From Chiloscyllium plagiosum (taxonomy: Eukaryota), in contig NC_057718.1 of the NCBI RefSeq assembly GCF_004010195.1, forward strand, positions 6,876,474 through 6,940,473: a DNA stretch of 64,000 bases, in the 5' to 3' direction. A program made the translations under genes and the position numbers. The notes under the pieces were generated by a model. It worked only from the letters and a program-made list of their open reading frames with translations, did not search any database and was not told where the DNA came from. Below, piece after piece: positions 48,566-61,230 of the stretch; the first letter of the stretch is position 1; each line of letters opens with the position of its first letter.

Positions 48566-49954
48566 TCATTATCTTGGGAGCAAAGGTGGAGAATATTTTA
48601 CTTAAACACCATTTTGCGAGCTCATTTTGGATCTAAGGGTTCTGAGGCAGTTTGGAGGATAGATCCAGGGAGGCTATTTATGGAAATGTAGAAGTAGGGC
48701 AACTTAAAAATAAAGGGTGTCCCATTTAAGGCAGAAAAGAGGAATTTCTTTCCTCAGAGGATTATATCTTTGGAATTCCCTGCCCTACACAGCAGTTGAG
48801 GCTGCACCATTCAATGTGCTCAATGCTGAGTTTGATTTTTCATTGACAAGGAGTCAAGGGTTTAGGGAGACAAACAGGAAAGTGGAACTGGAAACCACAT
48901 CAGCACTACAGATTGGGAGCAGAGATTCAAGGGGCCGAATGGCATCCTTCTGCCCCTATTTCTTTATGACTTTACATTCTATAATGACCTTATACACCCA
49001 CTAGAATGGATACTTCCAGATTACAGCCCCTCCTCAGCACTGTATTGAGGGGGTGCTGGCTAATTAATATGGTCAAATACAGGGCAGAAGCGACTGAGTT
49101 CTGTCATAAATGCAAGGTGCTATCAATAAAGCCATGTTGTAGCATATTACATAAAATTACATGCAATTAACTGTTCAAAAATTCAATCCAACTCCTCTAA
49201 AACCCACAGAGATCTCCTCAGTCCGCTTATCATTAGAATCTCAATCAGAATCTTTTTCCTTTTTCCTCCCTCATGCATTTACCTAGTTTCCCTTAAATGT
49301 GTGTTGTTAAAAGATCTGTTAGAATCCCAGTCAAGTCCAAAATGCTTTAACATATGTGACCATGAGCAAACTAGTCACTAAGGACTAGCAAGGAAAGATT
49401 TGTCTACCTTTTGTTAAAGAGACTTTTAACTTGTCCAGTGCTAACATCATTGTTAATATATGATGATTGAATAATAGTTAAATTTTATACATAAAAAGTA
49501 GTTTTATAGTTCCTGCACCACAGGGCGCAGTGAAAAGCAGTTGAAGAGAACATTTTCAGATGGTACTGCGGAAGGTGTTACATGGGAGATGTATTATGCA
49601 GATCTGAAGATCAGAGAGTTCAGATAAGATGGAATTGTAATCAGTCTCTGAAATGTTGCATCTTGTGGGCTTTTGGCAATGCATTCAAACACACAAAATT
49701 GCCACATCCATTCTGCCTCGAACTGTGGAAGTCATTGCTTTTAAAATACGACAAATCAAATTTGAATTAATTTCTACACAGCAAGAAATGGCTGTTACAT
49801 ACTTATCCTACATACATTGTCTTGTAATAAGGTTAGTATTGACAGCAGTTTCCTCATCATCCTAGAAAACCCGGTAACATTGTCTTTGTCTTGGGGCTTG
49901 CATAATAATTGGCCCTCCTTTTCAGAATGACACTGGTCTCTCTTTGATTTGCTG

Positions 49955-50173
49955 GGAGAAAGTGAAGATGGAAGATACTGGAGATCAATGTCGAGAGTGT
50001 GGTGCTGGAAAAGCACGGCAACATCCAAGGAGCAGGAGAATCAATGTTTTGGGCATAAGCCCTTCTTCAGGAATGGCTTATGCCCTAATGATGAGCTTAT
50101 GCCTGAAACATTAATTCTCCTGCTCCTCGGATGCTGCCTGACCTGCTGTGCTTTTCCAGTACCACACTCTCAA
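49955..50173. mobile_element. Palindromic PLE mini-insertion (family B), decayed hammerheads
   Basis: GAGAGTGTGGTGCTGGAAAAGCAC.. / ..GTGCTTTTCCAGTACCACACTCTC with central GGGCATAAGCCCTTCTTCAGG. Confidence 0.8.
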
Positions 50174-50344
50174 CCCACTTCAATTAACTTCAAATTGTAT
50201 ATTGCATCATATTAATTGGTGCTGTCCTTTTACTTCATTCATTCAGGGGACGTAGGTGTCACTGGCTGGGTCAGTATTTACTGCCCATCCCCCATTGCCC
50301 TTGAGGAGGTGGTGGTAAGCTATCTTCTTGAATCGTTGCAGTCC

Positions 50345-50955
50345 ATTTTGAAGAAGGTGTATGGCATGCTTGCCCTTATTGGTCGGACATTGAGTACAAG
50401 AGTCAAGGTGTCATGTTGTAGCTTTATAAGACTTTAGTTAGACTACACTTAGAGCATTGAGTTCAATTCTGGTCGCCACATTACAGGAAGGATGTGGAGG
50501 CTTTGGAGAGGGTGCAGAAGGAGTTTACCAGGATGCTGCCTGGATTAGAGGTTATGAGCTGTCAGGAGAGGCTGGGCGAACTTGGGTTGTTTTCTCTGGA
50601 GCAGTGGAGACTGAGGGGAGACTTGATAGAAGTCTACAAAATTATGAGATGCATACATAGGGTTGGTGGGCAGAATCATTTTCCCAGAGTTCTAATGTCG
50701 AAAACGAAGGGGCATGCATTTAAGTGAGAGGGGGTAGATTCAAAGGAGACTTGGGATGGACGCATTTTACAGAGAATGGTAAGTGCCTGGAATGTGCTGC
50801 CAGGGGTGGTGGTAGAGGCAGGTATGATAGAGGCTTATCGAAAAGCACATAAATATGCAAGGAATGGAGGGATATGGATCAAGGACAGGCAGAAAGGATT
50901 TGTTTGATTTGGCCCCGAAGGGCCCATAGGTATGCTGTACTGCTCTCGATTCTAT
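50345..50955 (+). mobile_element. CR1 3' fragment nested in a CR1/L2-clade tail
   Basis: ALERVQKEFTRMLPGL..RLRGDLIEVYKIM. Confidence 0.88.
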
Positions 50956-53314
50956 GTGCTGTAGATACACCCACAGTGCCCTTAGGGCGGGAATTTCTGG
51001 ATTGTGACCCAGCAACACTGAAGGAACTGTGATGCATTTCCAAGTCAAGGTGGTGAGGTGCTTGGAGGGGAAGGTGCAGGTAATTTCTATTGAAGTCACC
51101 AGAGAGTAGCGTGGATCTTGTAGCTGCTCCTGAGAGCGTAGGTTTATTCTTAGATTTACTTCTAAATTTCATACATCATTACACTTACATGAATAAGATA
51201 CATTTGGAATAATATGGGCCAAGCGCAGGCAAATGACACTAGTTTAGTTTGGGATTATGGTCGGCATGGACTAGTTAGACTGAAGGATCTGTTTCCGTGC
51301 GAAGTGACTCTATGACTATGAAAGCAGAATTGGATTTTATGCTATTGTGCAAACTCTGAACGACCCTCATCAGATTTTGAAATGAACTCAGATTGGAAGT
51401 CGCCTTTCGGGGTTACTAAAAGGCACCAGATGTCTCCTTTTCCCAAAGGAGAAAACTAAAAGGTAAAAGTAAAGAACAGTCTAAGGATAATTGAAATTGG
51501 ACAATAGACAAAGTGAAGAAATTCCAATGACACAAGTGTGGACGAGATGCTAATGTAAAGCGAAAGAGTCTACAGTATAGCACATGCAATTGATCCTTCT
51601 CTCTCCCTCTGTTTTACTGACACCACTCACACATAAGATAGACTGTCCAAATGTGAAAATGCTTTTGGATCTAGACCAGAATAGTGCAGATGCTGGACTT
51701 CCATAACAGAGAACAGCAAATCCTGTCAACAGCTCAGGTTGACTCTGTGGTGAGGGCACAGTAATAGGTTTCACCTTCTGTCAGTCGCTCTCGCCAAAGG
51801 GTCCACACTTGCATCTTTAACCCCTCTGCCCTCTCCACCCAAGTTGCCTGACCTACTAAGTGTTTCAGTTAATTAACAGTTTTAATTTATTATCAGAGGC
51901 TCGTTGGAGTAAATGTAAGTTTACAGCATTTCCACTGGAAATGCAAATTTTTGACAAAAGACCAGATGGGGGCAGGGAAGGATAGTGTTGTTTGTTGTTA
52001 TCTGGAATATACTACCTGAATGAGAACAGATTCAATGATAAATTTCTAAAAGACATTTGATGTGGGGCGTGATGGTTCAGTGGTGCTACCACTAGATGAC
52101 TAACCCAGAGACTCAACTAAAAAGGGACCTGTCTTTGAATCCTGCCATAGTAGATGGTGGAATTTGAATTCAAATTTGAAAAACATCTCAAATTAAGAAT
52201 CTACTAATGGCCATAAACTCATTGCTGATGTCTGTCTCACTCATGTCCTTCAGGGAAAGAAATCTACTGTGCTCACCTGGCCTGGCCTACAAGTGACTCC
52301 AGACCCAGAGCAATGTGGTTGACTCTAAATTGCCTTCCGAAATGGTTGGGCAATTTGTACCAATTGCTACAAAGTTTCATTGTGAATCAAACCTATAGCA
52401 GGTGGACTGCAGCGGTTCAAGAAGGCAGCTCATCACCACCTTCTCAAGGGCAACTAGGGAGGGGCAATAAATGCCAGGCCAGTCAGAGACATCCACTTCC
52501 CACAAAATGAATTTTAAAAATTGATGAATTCAATGAAACTGCCATCATTACCCAGTCCTGCCTCCATGTGTCTCAGAGCCACAACAATGTGGTTGACTCT
52601 CAATTGTCCTCTGGACAATTCAGGATGGACAATAAATGATGGCCTAACCAGAGGTACCCACGTCCTGCGAACAAATATAATCTATGAATTATCAAGGAAT
52701 TGAGGCTAAATCTAGACTTTGATAAAGAACAGTGCAATGGGACAGTGGCTTGAAAGATGGGCCAAGTGGTCTTCTTCTGTGGGAGGGCCTAAAAGTGATC
52801 ACCATCTTGGGATAAGTGATTTAGGACTGAGATGAGGAAAAATAACTTCTCTCTAAGAAGCACTGGAATTTTCTGCACCAACAAATTGTAGATTTAAGAG
52901 CAAGGTCATTTGATTTTGGTCAGTCAGGACGTAGGAAATATGGAATGGGTATAAGGTGGGAAAGTGGGGTAAAAGAATCAGACCAGCCATGATTTTCTTG
53001 AATGGTGGAACAGGATAAAAGTGTTGTGTGCTTTCTTCTACTCCTGGTTCTTATGTAAGACTGTTTGAAAATCCCCTGGGATATGAGCAGCACTGTGATA
53101 TTGCACACAATATCATCTGCCCAGCTCCATTCACACCATTCCAAATATACCCTGTTGTGATCAGGGAACTTAAGCAACTCATGTCTAATGAAGCAACTGC
53201 TGTGGCATGGAGGACAAAAGAAGGTGACCCCAAATATTTCACTTTTATCTGCTCAGTGGTAGGTTTAGGAATTGCGACAAAGGAGCATGAATCCAGAGGC
53301 AGTCCTGCTGTCCT

Positions 53315-53830
53315 TGTTTGATTTGATATGATTTGATTTATTATTGTCACATGTACCTAAGTACAGTGAAAAGTATTGCTTTACGTGCAGTACAGGCAGA
53401 TCATACCATACAAAGTGTATGAGGGTCATAGAACAGAGCGAGGAATACAATGTTGTGGCTGCAGAGAAGGTGCACAGAGAGCAAGATCAACATTAAATTT
53501 ACACTTTGGGAGGTTCATTCAGAAGCTTAATAACAGCAGGGAGGAAGCTGTTCTTGAATCTGTTGGTGCATGTTTTCAAATATCTGGATCTTTCCCAATG
53601 GAAGAGGGTGGAAGAGAGTAAACCCTGGGTGGGAGGGGTCTTTGATGATGTTGGCTGCTCACCTGAGACAGTGGGAAGTGTAGATGGAGTCAATGAATGG
53701 AAGGTCAGTTTGTGTGATGGACTGGGCTATGTTCATGACTCTCTGTAGTTTCTTGCTGTCTTAAAAAGAGCACTTGCCGTACCACACTGTGATGTGTCCG
53801 GATAGGCTGCTTTATATAGTGCACCATAGA
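53315..53830 (-). mobile_element. Rex1/Babar-clade LINE 3' end
   Basis: Reverse-complement homologue of 28865-29357; TNRFKNSFLPAVIKLLN motif; (ATTTG)n tail. Confidence 0.85.
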
Positions 53831-54690
53831 ATGATCAGATTATACTGGGCAGGTGACAAAACCTGGTGGTGCTGCTGTCTGTAGTCAGCACGTGTTTCCC
53901 ATCCTCTATTACCTTTCAACTGAGAGATTTTCTCTTCCACTTCACTGGGTAGTTAAGAATAAGCTGCCTTGCTGTTGGTCTGGAGTCACATGTAGGCCAG
54001 ACCAGGTATGAACAGTAGGGTTTCCTTCCCTAATATCAGTGAGCTTGTTAGGTCAAGTGCTGGTACTGTTTCACAGTCACCATCACTGAGGCTACATCCC
54101 AATTCCAGGTTGTATTCATTGGTTTTAAATGCTGCCATGGCTTGTATCCACAGAGGCATTATCCTGGGATTCTGGATGACTAGTCCACTAAGCCTTCAAC
54201 TCCTCCCTGAACAGAAGCTGATAACTTGGCCGAGGAGAGAGTTATGAATGAATAGCATGCAGAAGCTGGTCAGATGCCCTCCACCCTACCAGCTGTTGCC
54301 CCTTTCCCTTCTACGCATCAGTTCTGGCATTAATTCAATTGCAACTGACCTGCCTCCCAACTCCATCTATCTTTCTTAGTTTAATCAGTCACCATGAAAT
54401 CTTTCCCCAGGAAAAGTCTATTGACCTCCATCTTTCAAATTTCAACTCCAACCCCGACTCTTTTTTGGGAAACAGTATCTGACTTACTTCATGTTTAACC
54501 ATGGGTCTGATTGAAAATTGCAAAAATCTTCTCTGTCTTGCTTTTTCTCTCCAATGTCTCCCTTACCTCTCTTCCCCCACTTTCTCTCTTCCTTGAATTC
54601 TTCTAACTTCTCCTCTCTTCCCAATTTCTTTTCCTTTCCCTAGGCAAGAGTTAAAATAGATCCAGAACATAGTAAGCTAAAAATATAACA

Positions 54691-55310
54691 TGGGGAGGCG
54701 ATGGCACAGTGATGTTATCATTGGGCTGTTAATCCAGAGACCCAGGTTCAGCTCCTGCCATGGCAGATGTTGGAATTTGAATTCAATAAACATCTGGAAT
54801 TAGGAGTCTGCTGATGACCCTGAGTCAATTGTCAGAAAAACTCATCTAGGTCACTAATGTCCTTTAGGGAAGGAAACTGCCATCCTTGCCTGGCCTGGCC
54901 TACATGTGACTCCAGACCCACAGCAATGGGGTTGCACAGTGGCTTAGTGGTTAGCACTGCTGCCTCACAGCACCAGGGACCTGGGTTCAGTTCTTACCTG
55001 GGGCAACTGTCTGTGTGGAGTTTGCACATTCTCCCTGTATCTGCGTGGGTTTCTTCTGGTTTCCTCCCACAGTCCAAAGATATGCAGGTTAGGTGAATTG
55101 GCCATGTTAGATTGCCCGTAGTGTTAGGTGCACTAGTCAGGGGTAAAATGTAGGGGAATGGGTCTGGGTGGGTTGCTCTTCAGAGGGTCGGTGTCGACTG
55201 GTTGGGTCGAAGGGCCTGTTTCCACACTCTTGGCAATCTAATCTAATCTAAACTGCCTGCTGGGTAATAAATGCTGACCTAGCCCAAGAAGTCCACATCC
55301 CCTGAATGAT
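54691..55310 (+). mobile_element. tRNA-derived SINE (second family) with nested HE1 SINE (~54928-55250)
   Basis: GGGGAGGCGATGGC head; HE1 with (CTAAT)n tail; outer SINE tail resumes AATAAATGCTG. Confidence 0.85.
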
Positions 55311-55924
55311 TAAAAGACAATAATCCCCCACAACCTGACAAACCCTCAGATCTGGCGATGAAAGTGTCAATGTCAGGTCAGTTTCACAAAAAAACAGTGA
55401 TTATTGTGTGGAGAGATTATAGCCAATGTACAGGAAGGAACTGCCAGAAAGTCAAAAATGATTGCAGTGAGACAGAAACCAAACCTGAAAGGAAAAACAG
55501 AATTACAAGGAGACACTAAATATGATTCATTCCCTCTGAATTTCTAAGCTACTTGTTTTGATTGCAAATTAAACTTTGAAAAACCCACCTACAATTTATG
55601 GAAAGATGTTTTGCTTGGATCTGAAATTTTTTTTGGATCTAAATATGAATTGAAAATATTTTATTGAGTTATTTTGCAAGGCTTAAATCCTTTGTTTGAA
55701 TCCAACCTCATTTGGGAAAGTACTTGAATGGAAAAGATTGACGAAGAATGTGGAAAGCATTGGGTTTAATGAAAGTGCTGCTATTTTGAGGTGGGATTTC
55801 TTTGCAGAGTGGAAGAATTTTAATGGGATGTTGTTTAACAAATCAAAGAAGTGGAAATATTTGACTGTGGAGGAGGAGGTTAGTAAATGTTACACTTGAA
55901 CAAGAAATCCTCACTGGAACAATG

Positions 55925-56120
55925 TTGAAAAGTGTGGTGCTGGAAAAACACAGCAGGCCAAGCAGCATCCGAGGAGCAGGAGAATCGACGTTTCGGGCAT
56001 AAGCTCCTCGGATGCTAAATACATCGATTCTCCTGCTCCTCGGATGCTGCTTGGCCTGCTGTGTTTTTCCAGCACCACACTTTTCAACTCTGGTCTCCAG
56101 CATCTGCAGTCCTCACTTTC
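55925..56120. mobile_element. Palindromic PLE mini-insertion (family B)
   Basis: TTGAAAAGTGTGGTGCTGGAAAAACACAGCAGGCCAAGCAGCATCCGAGGAGCAGGAGAATCGA and its reverse complement; TSD TCCTCACTGGA(A/T)CAATG at 55908-55924 and 56121-56137. Confidence 0.9.
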
Positions 56121-56137
56121 TCCTCACTGGATCAATG

Positions 56138-56490
56138 ACAGAGTGGATGTTGGGAAGATGTTTCTACTGGTGGGAGAGACTAGGACCCGAGGACACAGCC
56201 TTAGAATAAAGGGAAGACCTTTCAGAACAGAGATAAGGAGAAACTTCTTCAGCCAGAGAGCAATGGATCTATGGAATTCATTGCCACAGAAGGCTGTGGA
56301 GGCCAGGTTATTGAGAAATTTTCAGATGGAGGTAGATAGGTTCTTGATTGTAAAGGGTATCAAGTGTTACAGGGAGAAAGCAGGAGAATGGGGTTGAGAA
56401 GCTTATCTGCCATGATTGAATGGCAGAGCAGACTTGATGGACCGAGTGGCATAATTTCTGCTCTTATGTCTTATGGTCTTGTCTTATAAG
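56138..56490 (+). mobile_element. CR1 3' tail
   Basis: GETRTRGHSLRIKGRPFRTEIRRNFFSQR..LWNSLPQKAVEA; CTTATGGTCTT tail. Confidence 0.88.
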
Positions 56491-56849
56491 GAAGTGCATT
56501 GGACCAGTTGTTATGTGAATGAGTTGCACAGGAGAGAAAGTTGGGTTGATTGACATTTGAAATTTCATTGAGTCAAGGACTTTAACGCTGACCCCACGAG
56601 GTCACAGAGAGGTCAACATTCCTGAGCCCACCTTTCCAAAAGAGGGGTGAAGGAAACTCCAGAGGAACATCCCATAGACATTTGTTTTCAAGTTCTGCGC
56701 CAGCTCATCAAATCCCAGTGAGATTCTTTTACTTAGGGCCTTAAGATAGATTTTGGAATTCTTTAAGAAACTGGAACTTGAAAGAGCAAAATGCTGAGGC
56801 AATTGGAAAAATATCTTGGAATTTCCTCCCTGAGGACATTGTGGATCTA

Positions 56850-57130
56850 CCTACAGTGTGGAAGCAGGCCATTCGGCCCATCATGACCACATCAATCCTC
56901 CAAACAGCCACCCTGCCTACCCAATCCCTGTAACCCCATGTCTTCCACTGTCAATCCACTTAACCTGCACATCGTTGGACGGTGGGTGAAAGTTGGAGCA
57001 CCAGGAGGAAACCCACGTGGATAGAGAGAGAATGCGCAAACTCCACACAGTGGGTCGCCCGAGGCTAGAATCAAACTCAGTCCCTGGCGCTGTGAGGTAG
57101 CAGTGTTAACCACTGAGCCACCATACCACC
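56850..57130 (-). mobile_element. HE1-type SINE, diverged
   Basis: Same head and body motifs on the minus strand. Confidence 0.82.
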
Positions 57131-57979
57131 CTGCATGTGAAGGCCAGCAGTTCAAGAAGGCAGCTTACCACCACTAGGGATGGGCAATAAACGCTGGCCC
57201 AGCCAGTGACGCACACATCCCATAAGTGAGTAAAACATAAGCTCTAAATGATTCTTCTGACAGGAAAGACAGAATCTTAATTTAAAATCAATTCAGAAGG
57301 GCACCTTAGTGCTCTCTCTGTAATGCAAATATGTCAGCTTAGGTTAGATGTGATTAAATATCTGTGGTGGGGCTTGAATGAAGGTTTATTGGAGATGGGT
57401 TGTGTAAAAGGCACTGGATTCAATCAGCCACATTGTTATTGAATGGTGGGGCAGGCTCGATGGACTAAATGGCCTACTTCTGTTCCTACATTCCAGTGAA
57501 CCCATAACCTTTTATTGTTGATATACTAATGCAACCCATTGAACCAGCCGCCATCACATGTCAACTCATTTTCATACAGCATCTTCACTGTGGAAACCAT
57601 CACAAGGTATCTCACATTGGGGGAGGAAGAGGACAGATGAAGGGTCGCTTGACTCAAAAAGACCAGAAGGGCATAAGATGTAGGAACAGAATTAAGTCAT
57701 TCAGATCATCCAACTTGCCCCACCATTCAATCATGGCTGACATATTTCTCAATCCCATTCTCCTGCCTTTTCCTCGTAATGCTTAATCCCTTCACTAATC
57801 AAGAATCTACCTATCTCTGTCTTAAACACACTCAAAGATTTTGCCTCTTCGGTCTTCTATGGTATTTGAGTTCCATGGAATCTCTTGCTGAAGAAATCCC
57901 TCCTCATCTCAAGGGTTTTAAAGGGTTATCCTTCACTCTGAGGCTGTTCCCTTGGGTTCCAGTCTCTTCTACCATACAG

Positions 57980-58650
57980 TGATAGAGTCATAGAGATGTA
58001 AAGCACGGAAACAGACCCTTCAGTCTAACTTGTCCATGACGACCAGATATCTCAACCCAATCTAGTCCCACCTGCCAGCACCCAGCCCATATCCCTCTAA
58101 ACCCTTCCTATTCATATACCCATTCAGATGCCTTTTAAATATTGCAATTGTACTAGCCTCCACCACTTCCTCTGGCAGCGCATTCCATACACGTACCACC
58201 CTCTGTGTGAAAAGGTTGCCCCTTGGGTCTCTTTTATATCTTTCCCTCTCACCCTAAACCTGTGCCCCAGTACTGGACTCCCCCACCCCAGGGAAAATAC
58301 CTTGTCTATTTACCCTATCCATGTCCCTCATTATTTTATAAACCTCTATAAGTCCACCCCTCTGCCTCCGATGCTCCAGGAAAAACATCCCTAGCCTATT
58401 CAACCTCTTCTTACAGCTCAAATCTTCGAACCCTGGCAACATCCTTGCAAATCTTTTCTGAACCCTTTCAAGTTTCACAACATCTTTCCAATAGAAAGGA
58501 GACCAGAATTGCACGCAATATTCCAACAGTGGCCTCACCAATGTCCTGTGCAGCCGCAACATGACCTCCCAACTCCTGTACTCAATACTCTGACCAATAA
58601 AGGAAAGCATACCAAACGCCTTCTTCACTATCCTATCTACCTGTGATTCT
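57980..58650 (-). mobile_element. CR1 3' fragment nested in an older CR1 tail (~57670-58800)
   Basis: ORF 58254-58628 KKAFGMLSFIGQSIEYRS..LVRPLLEYCVQFWSP. Confidence 0.92.
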
Positions 58651-59299
58651 CTGTGTCCACAATATCCAGGCCCTTTCAGTATTCTGTAAGTTTTAATCAG
58701 ATCCCACTCATCCTTCTGAACTCCGAGTACAGACCCAGAATCCTTAACTGCTCCTCATGAGAAGCCCTTCATCTCTGGGATCACTCTTGTAAACTCCTCT
58801 GGTTTTCTTGTCCCAATTCTTTCTTTGAAGCCTTCTAGGTTTTTCTGACTTTTCCCACAGAGAGAGAGAGAGAGAAAGGGTGGTGGGAACAGAGAGGGAG
58901 AGAGAGAAAGAGAGAGATGCTTTCTGTCTGCAGTCTCTGGATATATCTTCTCTTCAACTGCTCTTGGAAGATAAAACTTTTTAATGTTCTGCAGCTCAAA
59001 TAATCAGAGCACTGCTAATAGGTGGAATTTCTTTAAATCAAGATTTTCAGCACTGCTCAATCTCAAAATCTCTTTCTTACTTTTACAAAAAAGCAATGTT
59101 TTATCAAATAGCATATTAAGCACTTGTTTCTTTTAAATTATAAAACTCTCCTGATCAAAAATTTCAAATCATGCAACCTAGCTTCCATTTCAGTTTATGG
59201 TACCACAACAGAAACTATGATGTCTTTTACGTCATTAATACTGCTTCCAGGTTAAGCAAATCCAGCTCACATGGTCAAGCTCACATAACTACTGCCACT

Positions 59300-59570
59300 T
59301 AGAAGGATAAGGTAACAAATACATAGGAATGCCACCTCATGCAAGTTCCCCTCCAAGCCACTCACCATCCTGACTTGGAAATATATCACCGTTCCTTCAG
59401 TGTCACAGGGTCAAAATCCTGAAATTCCCTCCTGAACATCATTCTGGGTCACCTCCAGCACATGGACTGCAGTCGTTCAAGAAGGCAGCTCACTACCACC
59501 TTCTCAAAGGGTAACTAGGGACGGGCAATAAATGCTGGCCCAGGCAGCGATGCCCACATTTGTGAATAGA
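59300..59570 (+). mobile_element. CR1/L2-clade LINE 3' tail
   Basis: CCAAGCCACTCACCATCCTGACTTGGAAATATATC..CAAGAAGGCAGCTCAC..GGCAATAAATGCTGGCC; another copy at ~62960-63372. Confidence 0.78.
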
Positions 59571-59626
59571 TATTAAATAAAATACTTTTTATTATTATTC
59601 ACAAGTTTCTATTAATCACTGGACAA

Positions 59627-59900
59627 ACCTGTGTGGAGTTTGTACCTTGTCCCTGTGTCTGCGTGAGTTTCCTCCGGGTGCTCCAGTTGCCTCCCACAGT
59701 CCAAAGATGTGCAGGTCAGGGTGGATGGGCTGTGGGAAATTGCCCATAGTGTTCAAAGATGTAGAGGCTGGGTGGTTTGGCCATGGGGAATGCAAGGTTT
59801 CAGGGATGGGATCCGGGAGTGGGTCAGGGTGGGATGCTCTTCAGAAGTTGGTCTGGATTCAATGGGCCAATGGCCTGCTTTCACAGTGTAAGGATTCTAT
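59627..59900 (+). mobile_element. HE1-type SINE (5' truncated)
   Basis: GTGTGGAGTTTG..CCCACAGTCCAAAGATGTGCAGG. Confidence 0.82.
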
Positions 59901-60058
59901 GAATTGGTGCAACTCCTACAAAACTTTTTGAATGTATGCTTCCATATTTTCAACACATTTTATAGTAAATAAAAAATGTTCCTTACTGCTATTGCACAAT
60001 ATGGTGAAAGAAATTAAGACCAAAAGATGCGAAGCACCCTGAAAGAGATCTGAGAGAC

Positions 60059-60089
<31 letters not shown>

Positions 60090-60895
60090 GGGGTGGGGGG
60101 GGTTAAGAGCCAGAACATAGAGACTGTGCTGATATCTAAGCATTGGACAGGAGACAGGATTTCCGATCTGTGCTCTGATTGCCACATTTCTCAATCGCCG
60201 TGTTTGACTCAGTTATTCCCTTTCTTATTTGACCTCATCCTGACCTCTCCAAAAGGTGGGATGAGGCCCAAGCTCAGAGAAGGGGCAACAAAGCAACATT
60301 TAGTGTTTAACTATTTCAGGAAGAGCCTTGAGAATGCACAGAGGAGGCTGCTCAGGAACATAGTGCGGGGAAGCATTGAGTTGGCAGATTCAAGAGAAAA
60401 CCTGATGGATATTTGGCAGAACAAGTGCGTAAGAGCTACGGTAGCTTATAGTAATTTTCAAACTTTGAGATTGACCAGATGCAACGGCAACTGTCTCATC
60501 TCCTTTCACAGGATTCCTTTGCTTTAAGTTCCCCCAGTCCTGCCTCTGCTGATGAAATTCTGTCCGGCCTAGCTGCCAGGGCAGGTCATGGCCAAAGGCA
60601 CAAAGGGAGAGAAGTGACCAAATTGTCAAAGTTCACAAAAACTGAAAGAATTGTGGATGCTGTAAATCAGACAGAAAATAAAAATTGCTGGAAATGCTCA
60701 GCAGGTCTGAAAGCATCTGTGGAGAGAAATCAGAGGTAACCCTTCCTCAGAACCCCAATTGTTAATGGTCACGACGGGAGACTCATTGAAAAGCTATGGG
60801 AAGGTGGGTCTCCTTGACTTTTGACATGGTGGCAGTAATCTGTGAGAAGGGTATAGAAAGGTGAGAGGTCATATTCTGATGCCATCCAGTTAGCG

Positions 60896-61230
60896 TCGGT
60901 GACAGTGGTTCAATGGTTAGCATTGCTGCCCCACAATGCTTGGGACCCGGGTTCGAGTCCAGCCTTGGGCGACTGACTGTGTGGAGTTTGTATATTCTCC
61001 CCGTGTCTGCGTGGGTTTCCTCCGGATGTTCCGGTTACTTCCCACAGTCCAACGATGTGCAAATTAGGTGGATTGGCCATGCTAAATTGCCCATAGTGTC
61101 CAGGGATGCACAGGCTAAATGGAATAGCCATGGGAAGTTACAGGGTAGGGGTGTGGTTCTAGATGGGATGTTCTTTGGAGGGTTGATGTGGACTCCAATG
61201 GCCTGCTTCTACGCTTTAGGGATTCTATTC
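60896..61230 (+). mobile_element. HE1-type SINE
   Basis: tRNA head with GGTTCGAGTCC B-box and conserved body. Confidence 0.88.

Noticed and set aside
60320..60428. Exon-like segment (TTTCAG..GTAAGA) encoding KSLENAQRRLLRNIV..
   Set aside because: It resembles the CR1 ALERVQRRFTRM motif, so it is more likely an ancient LINE remnant; no host protein recognised.
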